Source: Candidatus Desulfaltia bathyphila (GTDB taxonomy: Bacteria > Desulfobacterota > Desulfobacteria > Desulfobacterales > ETH-SRB1). From it: 61,728 nucleotides of DNA. A model generated the notes under the pieces. The model was not told where the DNA came from, made no database searches, and worked only from the letters and a program-made list of their open reading frames with translations. Position numbers and translations under genes: made by a program. This document shows positions 41,736 to 50,889 of this stretch, piece by piece (position 1 is the stretch's first letter; every line of letters begins with the position of its first letter). The stretch covers positions 1 to 61,728 of the forward strand of contig JACNLL010000024.1 of the NCBI GenBank assembly GCA_014381545.1, in the 5' to 3' direction.

Positions 41736-42443
41736 GTGCTGGAAACTTTTTTCTTAACCGTTAATGAGTGGATTGCAAGCGGCACAACCATTGCGGCTTT
41801 AGGTTGTTTTTTATGGGGTATGATCAGCGTAGTCTTCAGCCCGTGTCATCTGGCATCGATTCCATTGATTGTCGCCTATGTTGGCGGGCAGGAACGGGCG
41901 GTCGATCCCAGACAGGCCGCCGTGTATTCGGCATCGTTTACCACCGGCCTGTTTATCACCATCGCACTAATCGGAATTATCTGCGCCCTGCTGGGCCGCA
42001 TGTTGGGCGACGTCGGCAATTACTGGCAAATTTTAATCGGGGGCATTCTGATCTGGGTGGCTCTTGGAATGCTCGGCGTGGAAAAATGTTCCATGTCAGG
42101 CAGTCTGCTATACCGACTTAATTTTAGGGGAGTGTTCGGTGCGTTCATGCTTGGACTCGCCTACGGCGTGCTCTCCGGTTCATGCACATTCGGGTTCATC
42201 GCGCCGATTCTGGCTATAATTACTGTTCAGCAGAAAATCGCGACAGGAATACTTTTTATCCTGCTTTTTGCCGTGGGACATTGCCTGCCTATTGTGGTTG
42301 CCGGAAGCTCTACGGCAGCCGTGAGAAAATTAATGGAAAACAGCGCCTGGCAGGGGGCGGGAACCTGGTTTCGCAAAGGCGCCGGAGCGTTGATTGGCCT
42401 GTTGGGAATTTACTTTGTCATCAGTCCATTGGTTAGTGCATAG
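41736..42443 (+). CDS. CcdA/DsbD-family transmembrane electron carrier
   Basis: SPCHLASIP and SGSCTFG.IAP cysteine motifs, six TM helices. Confidence 0.85.
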   Translation: MLETFFLTVNEWIASGTTIAALGCFLWGMISVVFSPCHLASIPLIVAYVGGQERAVDPRQAAVYSASFTTGLFITIALIGIICALLGRMLGDVGNYWQILIGGILIWVALGMLGVEKCSMSGSLLYRLNFRGVFGAFMLGLAYGVLSGSCTFGFIAPILAIITVQQKIATGILFILLFAVGHCLPIVVAGSSTAAVRKLMENSAWQGAGTWFRKGAGALIGLLGIYFVISPLVSA

Positions 42444-42489
42444 TCGTGCTCCATGGAAGTAGTAATAGATATTTTATCAAGGAGCGAAT

Positions 42490-43269
42490 ATGAAACCATT
42501 AAAGAACAAAATCAGGCGGATGGTAAGGGAAAGTTATGCCGGGGTTGCTCAACCCGATGGGTGTCGGTGTTGCGGTAATTCGTCAAATCTTGCGAACATA
42601 TTAGATTTGGGTAAAAAACTCGATTATACGGATGATGAACTCGCCATTGGCCTGGGAGATGCAAATCTTGGCCTCGGATGTGGGAATCCCTTGACCATTG
42701 CAAATTTGAAACCCGGAGAAACCGTGCTTGATTTAGGAAGCGGAGCCGGCTTTGACGCATTTCTCGCAGCAAAAAGCGTTGGGAAAGAGGGAAATGTTAT
42801 CGGCGTTGACATGACGCCGGAAATGATAAATAAGGCAAAGAAGAATGCTGATAAAATGGGCATCGACAACGTTGAATTCCGATTAGCAGAGATAGAAAAG
42901 CTGCCTGTTCCTGATAATTCAGTCGATGTGGTTCTGTCAAACTGTGTGATAAATCTTTCACCGGATAAAAGAGCTGTTTTCAGAGAGCTTTTCAGAGTAT
43001 TGAAGCCAGGGGGGCGGATCAGCATATCTGATGTTTTGCGTTCAGGAGAAATCCCAAGGGAAATCAGAAATGATCCAAAAGCTTATACAGGGTGAGTATC
43101 CGGGGCTATTTCACCGGGTGAGGTGAAACAAATTCTAAACAGCTTGGGTTTTGAATCCATAACTATAACAAAAAAGGATAACAGTAAGCAAATAATCAAG
43201 AGTTGGAATATCGGAAAGGGAACAGAACTCATGGTGTTTTCTGCATATATACAAGCCCGCAAACCATAA
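42490..43269 (+). CDS. arsM: Arsenite methyltransferase, predicted selenoprotein (Sec at UGA 43093-43095)
   Basis: GLGCGNP, LDLGSGAGFD, SNCVINL; frame continues YTG-[TGA]-VSGA (normally YTGC.AGA) for 57 more codons to TAA 43269. Confidence 0.88.
43109..43128 (+). promoter_or_regulatory. SECIS-like hairpin for arsM
   Basis: TTTCACC-GGGTGA-GGTGAAA, 7-bp stem starting 13 nt after UGA. Confidence 0.7.
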
Positions 43270-43521
43270 AATCGATGGGCATTGGTCGCATGATGAGTCA
43301 TAGTCATGCATTAGAACACTTGAAGCGTGGACATTTGTTTGCAAGCCATTCTGATGCTGAAAATATTACCGGAGCAAAACCGGTTGCTTTTTTACCGGAG
43401 CAAACATTTGAATTTGAGCCGGTTATAGAAGGAGCTGTGGTCATTCATGACTTCATTATTCAAAACAAAGGGACGGTGCTTCTTGTTATCCACAGGGTAA
43501 GTTCCGGCTGAGGGTGTACGG

Positions 43522-43541
43522 CTGTCTCCAGTGTGAGACAG
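43522..43541 (+). promoter_or_regulatory. SECIS-like hairpin for DUF1573 gene
   Basis: CTGTCTC-CAGTGT-GAGACAG, 7-bp stem starting 10 nt after UGA. Confidence 0.65.
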
Positions 43542-43680
43542 ATCCCTCCGGGTAGCGAGGGAAAGATAACGGTTAAAGTGAATACCGGCGGATATGGCGG
43601 GAAAAAAGTCAGGGAAAATGTTTATATTCAGACCAATGATAAAATTCACCCTGAGCTTAGCGTAACAGTTACAGGCTGTG

Positions 43681-43734
43681 TTGAACCGCAATAGCGAGCG
43701 TATTCCCAGTAGCTTGCTACAGGGGAATCTTCAA
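43681..43734. mobile_element. TTGAA...TTCAA miniature repeat, copy E, inserted inside a CDS
   Basis: Reverse complement of copy C with 3 differences; removal restores GTT GAA AAA TTT GCA GAT (VEKFAD). Confidence 0.85.
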
Positions 43735-44140
43735 AAATTTGCAGATATCAGACCAAAAAGAATAATACTGAGAGGTTCACCAGGGCAGACGATAAAAGCA
43801 CAGGTTGAAATTACCCCGAGAATTAAATACCCGTTTAAAATAATCAGCGCAATGGCAACACAGAGAAAATACATCAAATTTAGCATTGCTGATGCCAAAA
43901 AATCGAACTCAGGAAGTTATGTGTTGACCGTTGAAAATCTAAAAAAAGAAATTGGACGATATAATGATGTGATTTATTTAAAAACAGACAGCAAATTACG
44001 CCCGGCAATACCAATCTATGTTATTGGCAATATTTTAAGCATACCATCAAACAGGGAAAAGTAGCCTGTGCAAATGATTATGAATCCGGAGAAAATCTAA
44101 ATATAAAGCAGCTTGAGATGGCACAAGAAAGGAAAATGAT

Positions 44141-45061
44141 ATGGAATTGAATATGTTTTCACTTAAGGTATTCTTAACAGTTGCCGAAAAACAAAGCTTT
44201 TCCGGTGCTGCCGAGACTCTGTTTTTGACACAGCCGGCCGTGAGTTCACAGGTTCAAAATCTTGAGAACTATTTCCAGACGCCACTCGTGATTCGCCCCC
44301 ATTCCGGCGCTATAAAATTAACGGATGCCGGCAAGATCGTATGTGATTATGCCGATAAATTTGTAGTATTGGGCAAAGAATTATTAAGGGATATTGAAAA
44401 ACAGACCGGAAAATCCATGATGCAGCTACGCTTAGGGGCATGTTTCATTGCAGGGGCGCACTTGGTCCCTGCGGTCATGAAGGCATTTGTTGACAAACAT
44501 CCCACCGTTGATGTGTCACTCAATGTTACCAGATGTGAAGATATCTTTCAGGGGTTATTGTCCGGATCTCTTGATATCGGAATTGCCGGTCTTTCTCCGA
44601 AGAACAAGTTCCTTATTAAGAAGAAGTTTTACGAGCTGCCCTTAACGATCTTTGAGGCAGGCAATGCCCAAAAGCAATGCAAAAGAGTCGCTTCAATACG
44701 AGAATTGATCGGGTCTTCATTGATTATACGGGAAAAGGGCGCTGGGACGCGAAAATCCTTTCAGGAATTTCTAAACAAACATCATGTAAATATGAAAGAT
44801 TTTCAGCTTATAAGCGTATCGGAGAGCAATGAAGCCATCAAGAGACTGGTAATGACAGGGATGGGTTTCTCTGTTTTGCCGCATTTTATTGTTAAAAATG
44901 AATTAAAAGATGGACGGTTATCTGAAGTCCGGCTTAAGGAGGGAGCGTTGAGTCAATCCTTTTTTGTGATTTATCGAAAACAGAGTATAATCTCCAGGTC
45001 GCAGCAGGATTTTCTTGAATTTATATTAAAAGCGCATACAGCTGTAGATAGCATTTCTTGA
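44141..45061 (+). CDS. LysR family transcriptional regulator (CysL/Se-metabolism-associated type)
   Basis: SFSGAA..LFLTQPAVS.Q HTH; REKGAGTR, SNEAIK. Confidence 0.9.
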   Translation: MELNMFSLKVFLTVAEKQSFSGAAETLFLTQPAVSSQVQNLENYFQTPLVIRPHSGAIKLTDAGKIVCDYADKFVVLGKELLRDIEKQTGKSMMQLRLGACFIAGAHLVPAVMKAFVDKHPTVDVSLNVTRCEDIFQGLLSGSLDIGIAGLSPKNKFLIKKKFYELPLTIFEAGNAQKQCKRVASIRELIGSSLIIREKGAGTRKSFQEFLNKHHVNMKDFQLISVSESNEAIKRLVMTGMGFSVLPHFIVKNELKDGRLSEVRLKEGALSQSFFVIYRKQSIISRSQQDFLEFILKAHTAVDSIS

Positions 45062-45151
45062 AAAGGTTTCAACACTGATTCTGTCTCCTCGGGCAGCGAA
45101 AACACCATGAAGTCATTCAGGCATGCGGTTCACTTCACATATCAAAACTTC

Positions 45152-45165
45152 TTATAGGCCTATAA
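45152..45165. promoter_or_regulatory. Perfect 14-bp palindrome, candidate LysR box
   Basis: TTATAGGCCTATAA, fits T-N11-A, between LysR and rhodanese genes. Confidence 0.4.
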
Positions 45166-45426
45166 TAATTTCTAATTTGACCTATTCCCAGAAAGAATTT
45201 AACCTCAAAACAAAAAAATTTAGGATTTACGTGAACTATTCATATGGGAAGATTTGCAAAAGGTCTTTTTTTGCCCAATTAGCTCAAATTCCCGCCTTTC
45301 TTTAATTTGAACCCCGGTTAAACATAAAAACAACGCGGGCAAAAGGGGGCGCTGGAAAAAGTAAGGGTTATTATTTTTTTACAGGTGTTTGATAATATAA
45401 TCTTTAATGCGAACGAAAGGAGAAGT

Positions 45427-46464
45427 ATGATGTTATTTAAAACGATTAAGAGGATTGCAATCATTGCACTGGCCTTAACTTTTGTTTTTGCAGTACCAGT
45501 GATTGCATCCGCAGAAGTGCGTGGCCACCTGGCTGACGTAGCCTTTGTAAAGGATAAAGTCGGTAATGCAAACTGGGTTATATTAGATGTCAGAAGTCCC
45601 GCGGATTACAAAAAGGGTCATATTCCAGGCGCGGTCAATATGGGTATTGCTACACACAAACAAAAGGCTGCCCTGGATATCTTTCGGGATTCCACAGCAA
45701 GGTTTCTTCCGGTAAAAAAACTGGAAAATCTTTTTGGTGCGGTAGGGTTCAACTATGATAAAGGTATAATCGTTTATGGCAAAAAGGGCGACTACCACGG
45801 CGCAGTTATCATGATGGTGTTCGAGTACTTAGGTCTCGAAAATGTATATTATCTTGATGGCGGCTGGGAAAAATGGCTATCCAAACGCGGTAAGAGGGAA
45901 ACCAGGGTCAACAAAGCAAAGGCGGTTAACTTTAAGGCCAAAAACGTCGATCATGATATGTATGTGACCACCCAAGAAATGTACGACTTTGTGCAAAATC
46001 CCGGTAGTATCACAATACTCGATTGTCGTTCCGTTGCAGAGTGGGAAGGCACTAAGTTTCTTTCCGTGAGGGCCGGCCGCATACCGGGCGCTGTCCACAT
46101 ACCTGTTTACGGTCTGATTAAAAAAGATGGCACCCTTATTTCAACCTCAAAAATGAAGAAGATGTACAAGGATATCCCTAAAGACAAGCCTGTTGTTGTG
46201 TATTGCCAGAGGGGCTGCAGGGTCAGCTTTGTCTATTTGGCGCTGGATTTATTGGGCTACGACTTCGGGTACTATGACGATGGCTGGAGAGTCTGGGGGA
46301 TGAAAGAGACTTTGCCTGCTGAAAACGAGCAATGGATCCATATTAAGAAAATATTTGTATTAGAGAAAAAGATGAAGGCTGTGCAAAAAGAACTCCAGGA
46401 ATTAAAAAAGCGCGGAGTAAGCGGAGGAGGAGCAGCACAACAAGAAGAAGATGAGGGTTGCTAA
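45427..46464 (+). CDS. Exported tandem-domain rhodanese/sulfurtransferase
   Basis: Signal peptide, LDVRS..DY.KGHIPGA, YLDGG, GRIPGA, YCQRGCR active site; ends in GC. Confidence 0.88.
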   Translation: MMLFKTIKRIAIIALALTFVFAVPVIASAEVRGHLADVAFVKDKVGNANWVILDVRSPADYKKGHIPGAVNMGIATHKQKAALDIFRDSTARFLPVKKLENLFGAVGFNYDKGIIVYGKKGDYHGAVIMMVFEYLGLENVYYLDGGWEKWLSKRGKRETRVNKAKAVNFKAKNVDHDMYVTTQEMYDFVQNPGSITILDCRSVAEWEGTKFLSVRAGRIPGAVHIPVYGLIKKDGTLISTSKMKKMYKDIPKDKPVVVYCQRGCRVSFVYLALDLLGYDFGYYDDGWRVWGMKETLPAENEQWIHIKKIFVLEKKMKAVQKELQELKKRGVSGGGAAQQEEDEGC

Positions 46465-46519
46465 AAAGTAACCAGGTAAGTCATTAGAGAAAGGCGTGCT
46501 CTGAAATGGCACGCCTTTC

Positions 46520-48208
46520 TTATTTTCTTAAAAGGAGTCTTTTTTGCGCCTCGTTGCTCATGAGAGTCATAGAAGGGAACACAGGTGTGGAAGGGATAGT
46601 GAGTTGTGTGTCGATGGTTGAACCGTCAAAAACACCAATTCCCGCCGCTATATTATTCAAGTGGCAGGACTCACAACTACGCCCAACTGGTGAGGTTGTG
46701 TGAGGCACATAGGGCATAAAAGTCCAACCCAGGTCACTATCATCTCCTCGCTGCGGAACTACATTATCCAGGACAACATATCCTGTTGCATCCACATAAG
46801 ATATAAAATACTGATACTTGGGTCGTAAGATCGAGTATTTCTGATTCTGGTCCATCCCGAGCGGCATCCACTCCCAGCGCCTGAACCGCCACCCTGTGTA
46901 CCACGCCCCCTTTTTTAGTCTGCTGTCAAGCCAGTCCGGTGAAGCCGGCGGATCTATTTTTTCCCGACCGAGCTGCTCATCCAGAAAGTCTTTCAGGTAC
47001 GGATCTCCCTGATCTGTCAATTTCCTCCACTTGATGTAATCTGCATAGTCTTCCCTGATTACACTCAGTCCGTAATCCTGAAAAGACCACTGAGCATGGC
47101 AGGCGCTGCATCGAACCCTCTGGTGGAGTGATACGGAATGACTCAGGGTCTCCTTTGAAAAGAGCGTCAAAGGATAAGTTTTACCCGTATAACTTGAATG
47201 AAAATAGAACCTGCCATCGTGCTCCGTTATACCTTTCAGGGATGGATTGGGCGCCGGCTCAAAGAAGCCGGCATGGCAGTCTTTGCATTTGATCATGGGT
47301 ACGGCAAGAGCATAACCCCTCAGCTTCCCGTCTCCCATGATTTCCTTCCGGCTGTGACAGTCGATGCACCATAATCCCTTTTCCGCATGGACATCCCGGG
47401 CCAGATGGTGCTGATCGAGTCCGTATATCACGGGCAGAGGAGCGCCCCCTGTTGTGCGGGACCGGTAAGTCTTACTATAGTCGTGTTCAAAAAGGCCTTC
47501 ATAGTCAGCACCCACATGGTTCTGGTTGTGGCAGTGAAGACATTGCATGTCAGGAATCTGTTTTGTAAACCTGTGAACCATGGGGTAGGATGGCTTATGT
47601 TTGTCAATCGCTTTATCCGTTCCTTCATACAGGCCTTTGTTGTTGTATATCATATGGCAGGCAGCGCAGCCTGTGGCACGGTAAAGCCCTTTGGCTTCAG
47701 GCCCCTTGGTATGGAGATGACAGCGCAGACATTTCCTTCGCAAAAAATCATCAACCAGTTCGGCAGGGCTCTCAGGGTGGAGGGGAGACTCGGGCAGGGG
47801 TTTAAGAGCATGGTTGGCGCTGTAGATCGGTGGAAACGCAACATCCTGGGCGCCCCAGAGGTACCGTGTCTGATTTATAATCCCAGCCATAGTCGAATGT
47901 AGCGATGTTTGTACCTGTTTGATTTCTTTTTCGTGGCATTTGCCGCAAAAGAGAGAAACCCACCTGGGATCAGAGGGGTTTCTTATAATAGACTCGTGCT
48001 CCTCTAAAAACGGCATTGTCTGGCGGGCGGGTTGCAGATGGCAAATTTTGCATTCAAATTCATGGTTGCGGCTTATGCTTTCAATCCCTTTATGGCAAGC
48101 TGCACAATGTTTGTAGTTTATTGCCTCAGGCGGTTTGGGGCCGGAGCAGGCAATAAGTGTAAAAAACAGGCAAACTATGGGGTATATCTTCGGGCTGTTT
48201 CCCAGCAT
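46520..48208 (-). CDS. Multiheme cytochrome c lipoprotein (10 CxxCH), ExtS-like
   Basis: Lipobox LIAC; ten CxxCH motifs counted. Confidence 0.85.
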   Translation of the reverse strand: MLGNSPKIYPIVCLFFTLIACSGPKPPEAINYKHCAACHKGIESISRNHEFECKICHLQPARQTMPFLEEHESIIRNPSDPRWVSLFCGKCHEKEIKQVQTSLHSTMAGIINQTRYLWGAQDVAFPPIYSANHALKPLPESPLHPESPAELVDDFLRRKCLRCHLHTKGPEAKGLYRATGCAACHMIYNNKGLYEGTDKAIDKHKPSYPMVHRFTKQIPDMQCLHCHNQNHVGADYEGLFEHDYSKTYRSRTTGGAPLPVIYGLDQHHLARDVHAEKGLWCIDCHSRKEIMGDGKLRGYALAVPMIKCKDCHAGFFEPAPNPSLKGITEHDGRFYFHSSYTGKTYPLTLFSKETLSHSVSLHQRVRCSACHAQWSFQDYGLSVIREDYADYIKWRKLTDQGDPYLKDFLDEQLGREKIDPPASPDWLDSRLKKGAWYTGWRFRRWEWMPLGMDQNQKYSILRPKYQYFISYVDATGYVVLDNVVPQRGDDSDLGWTFMPYVPHTTSPVGRSCESCHLNNIAAGIGVFDGSTIDTQLTIPSTPVFPSMTLMSNEAQKRLLLRK

Positions 48209-49998
48209 GGGAGATCCTTTTCAGTTTCAAAACGCCTTCTGCTTTGTTTAAAATCTTCATAGATTTTATCTTCATAACGAACATGGCAGGGGAAACAGCC
48301 ATCTACGTCCAGTATCTTTCCTATTTCCTCTTGATTAAACGGTCTTGCACCTTTACGGGAGGTAAGTTGAGCAGGTTTGCCATTAATGTCCACAAAGGCA
48401 TCGAGTGGAAAGTCGATCCCCATCCCTGAAGATTGGGCATCGTAAGTGGGCCTGAACCGCCATTCTTTTTCTTTCTTATAAAGGATTCCTTCACCAAACC
48501 CCAGAGATTTGGGATCGCCATGGCAATCGTGGCAAGTGCGGGATCCTTTTTGAGTGGTATGAGGATCAAAGGATGTCATGGTAAGGGTATTGAGTGATTC
48601 CTCGTGGACATAGTCTCCTTTCCGATCAAACACTGAAACAAAGACCTGGCATGGTGAAAAAGGGGCGACCATGCCTGAAGCATTTATTCCCAGGGTAGGC
48701 TTTGAAAAGCGGATATAAGAACGGGATTCTCTAAATTGTCCTGGTGTTTTTTCCCCACTGAGCCAATCTTTCTGCACAAGATCTTTTCGATAGGTAATGT
48801 GACATCCGTAGCACTGCGGTATCCATGCGCTATGGCAGGACTGACAGCTAAGACGCTCATGCCCTGCCATGGAATGGTGCGGCTTTTTTTCAGGAAAGAT
48901 TTTAAGTTCTATTGGTGCGCCGTCTTTTTTTCGATAGAATACAATCTGATCGCCCCTCTTTTGCAGGTTGTACATGGGTTTCCCTTTTTTTGACCTGCCG
49001 ACCTTCGCTTCCTGCGGGATATCGATTTTCTTGTTTAAAAACGCCAGTTTCACTGCCAGATCTCCCGCCTCCCCCGCCTCTTTTACAGAAGTAAACAAAG
49101 GATCGTGGCAGGATCGGCAGGTGATGTCCACCTGGCCTTCCATGTATTCGTGCCGCGTGCCGTCTCCCATGACACCCGTTTCCGTGTGACAGTCTATACA
49201 GGTCATATCGGCCTTTGCATAATGAATGTCGGCCGGAAGATTAAGGTAAAATCTACCCCCTGACAATCTTCTTTGATTTAACTCCCACCCGTCAAAAGGC
49301 GTTCCGTAGCCTTCGGATTCAAATTTTCCGAAATAAGACAAACCCATTCTTGCCGATCGGTTATGACACTTAACACAGTTTTCTGAAGGAATCCGTGTTG
49401 TAATTTCCGGATGTTGAAATTTTGTAACATCGATTGGCTCTTTCCTGTCTTTGTCAATGATATGACAATCAGAACATCCGCCCCCTCTTTTGCCGATCTC
49501 GCCCTGGCGGTCCCCTCTTTTTTTCCACAGGTGGCACCCGCCGCACATTTTTCTATATTGATCTATGGCAAGTCCCCCTGCATTTTCTTTTGCCATAAGA
49601 TATTCCACATCTTTATTTGAGTTTTCGATCTTTTCCCACCGATATTCAAGGGTCTTTATGATCCCTCTGTTTGTGGCCATGATGCTCTTTTTTACACGGG
49701 GAACAATATCGGGATGGCATTTTGCCTGCCCGCATGTGCTGCCCACAACCGAGAGATCCCCAGGATTTTTGACCATCGTAAGATGTCCCCTCTCCTTATC
49801 AAGGGAATATGGATTCCCCATATGACAGCTGTAACAGCCAAAGGCAGAGATGGGGTGCGAGGTGTCCGGATCACTTACACTTTTATGACAGGATAAACAA
49901 CCTTCGGTGGGCAGAGGAAGGATTTTTGAGCGCCGATTTTCCTGGTAGATCAGAACAGTCGTCAAGCTGAGTATGATAAGGATAAGGATTCTCTTCAT
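48175..49998 (-). CDS. Multiheme cytochrome c (11 CxxCH + 1 CX4CH), ExtM-like
   Basis: N-terminal anchor; motifs counted; RGGGCSDCH and ESEGYGTP segments. Confidence 0.85.
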   Translation of the reverse strand: MKRILILIILSLTTVLIYQENRRSKILPLPTEGCLSCHKSVSDPDTSHPISAFGCYSCHMGNPYSLDKERGHLTMVKNPGDLSVVGSTCGQAKCHPDIVPRVKKSIMATNRGIIKTLEYRWEKIENSNKDVEYLMAKENAGGLAIDQYRKMCGGCHLWKKRGDRQGEIGKRGGGCSDCHIIDKDRKEPIDVTKFQHPEITTRIPSENCVKCHNRSARMGLSYFGKFESEGYGTPFDGWELNQRRLSGGRFYLNLPADIHYAKADMTCIDCHTETGVMGDGTRHEYMEGQVDITCRSCHDPLFTSVKEAGEAGDLAVKLAFLNKKIDIPQEAKVGRSKKGKPMYNLQKRGDQIVFYRKKDGAPIELKIFPEKKPHHSMAGHERLSCQSCHSAWIPQCYGCHITYRKDLVQKDWLSGEKTPGQFRESRSYIRFSKPTLGINASGMVAPFSPCQVFVSVFDRKGDYVHEESLNTLTMTSFDPHTTQKGSRTCHDCHGDPKSLGFGEGILYKKEKEWRFRPTYDAQSSGMGIDFPLDAFVDINGKPAQLTSRKGARPFNQEEIGKILDVDGCFPCHVRYEDKIYEDFKQSRRRFETEKDLPCWETARRYTP

Positions 49999-50885
49999 CG
50001 TGATAAGACCCAGCTATGCTTTATGAAGAAATAACCAAAGATAACAAGAAAGGTGTAAAAGAGAGAGAGAAATATAATTCCATAGTGAACTGCCTTCTGC
50101 AGATGGCCCTTCAGCCCGGGAAGAAGTAAAAGGATGGCAAAGAAAATAAGAGGTGCGGCAATTCCGGCAACAATGGGCGGGAGCACGCCAAGGCATACCT
50201 GTATTCCCAGAAAAAACCATGGCCCCTTTACGAGTTCGATTTTGGCATGGGGCGGAATATCCATGGGCATTCTTACAAGCAAAGAATATATGAACAAACC
50301 CGCTGTTGTAAAAAGGAGAAATCCGGCCTGGGAGAACCAGTTGTTAATGTGGTCACGGATAAGAAATATAAGTAATATTGGTAAAAAAAAGACGTGATAA
50401 AGATAGGGTAGCCAGAAAAACATTTCACCCGGTCTTATGACAAATCTTGTAATGGTTTCTCCAGCAACCGGAATCTCTTTCAGTATGTTATAAAAGATAT
50501 TCCCTGCATATATTCCTTCTTTGTCACCTTTGAGGATATATCCTGTAAAAAGTATAAAGAAACAGATGATCAGAGGAATGACAAGGCCTGCCCATTTCCC
50601 GACCGAAAAGCCTTTGTAGCGGCGTTTCATAAAGTGATCAACAATGTGGATCAACATCAAAATGACAAACAACTGGCCGGAAGCATAGTGCAATCTTCTA
50701 AAAAAAAAGCCATACGGGATAACCGTTGTAATCTCCTCCACGTTCCTGAACACGTTTCCAAATGGATAATATTGACAGGTCAAAATTATCCCGGAGATGA
50801 AGCATACGAGCAATGCGGATAGACTTATCCGCGGTATGCAGAAAGACATCTTATGATTAATGCCCATCAACGGCAGACTCTCCAT
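49995..50885 (-). CDS. Cytochrome b subunit of a bc-type complex
   Basis: RRLHYASG, IHIVDHF, FTGY.L.GD, YHV heme-ligand pattern; GPWFFLG. Confidence 0.82.
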   Translation of the reverse strand: MESLPLMGINHKMSFCIPRISLSALLVCFISGIILTCQYYPFGNVFRNVEEITTVIPYGFFFRRLHYASGQLFVILMLIHIVDHFMKRRYKGFSVGKWAGLVIPLIICFFILFTGYILKGDKEGIYAGNIFYNILKEIPVAGETITRFVIRPGEMFFWLPYLYHVFFLPILLIFLIRDHINNWFSQAGFLLFTTAGLFIYSLLVRMPMDIPPHAKIELVKGPWFFLGIQVCLGVLPPIVAGIAAPLIFFAILLLLPGLKGHLQKAVHYGIIFLSLFYTFLVIFGYFFIKHSWVLSR

Positions 50886-50889
50886 TGTT

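Larger units (their letters stand above)
43275..44064 (+). pseudogene. DUF1573-domain protein, predicted Sec (UGA 43509-43511), frameshifted by 49-bp repeat insertion
   Basis: FEF..V.EG..V.HDF..QNKG...G-[TGA]-GCT...IPPG.EGKI.V..NT.GY; joins the 43678-44064 ORF if the insert is removed; 5' signal peptide appears lost. Confidence 0.78.

Noticed and set aside
43678-44064. 128-aa ORF as a separate gene
   Set aside because: Its first ~18 codons are repeat sequence; the rest is the C-terminus of the frameshifted DUF1573 gene
45062-45130. GC-richer coding-like patch after LysR
   Set aside because: Too short to assign; no open frame with a start and no recognisable motif
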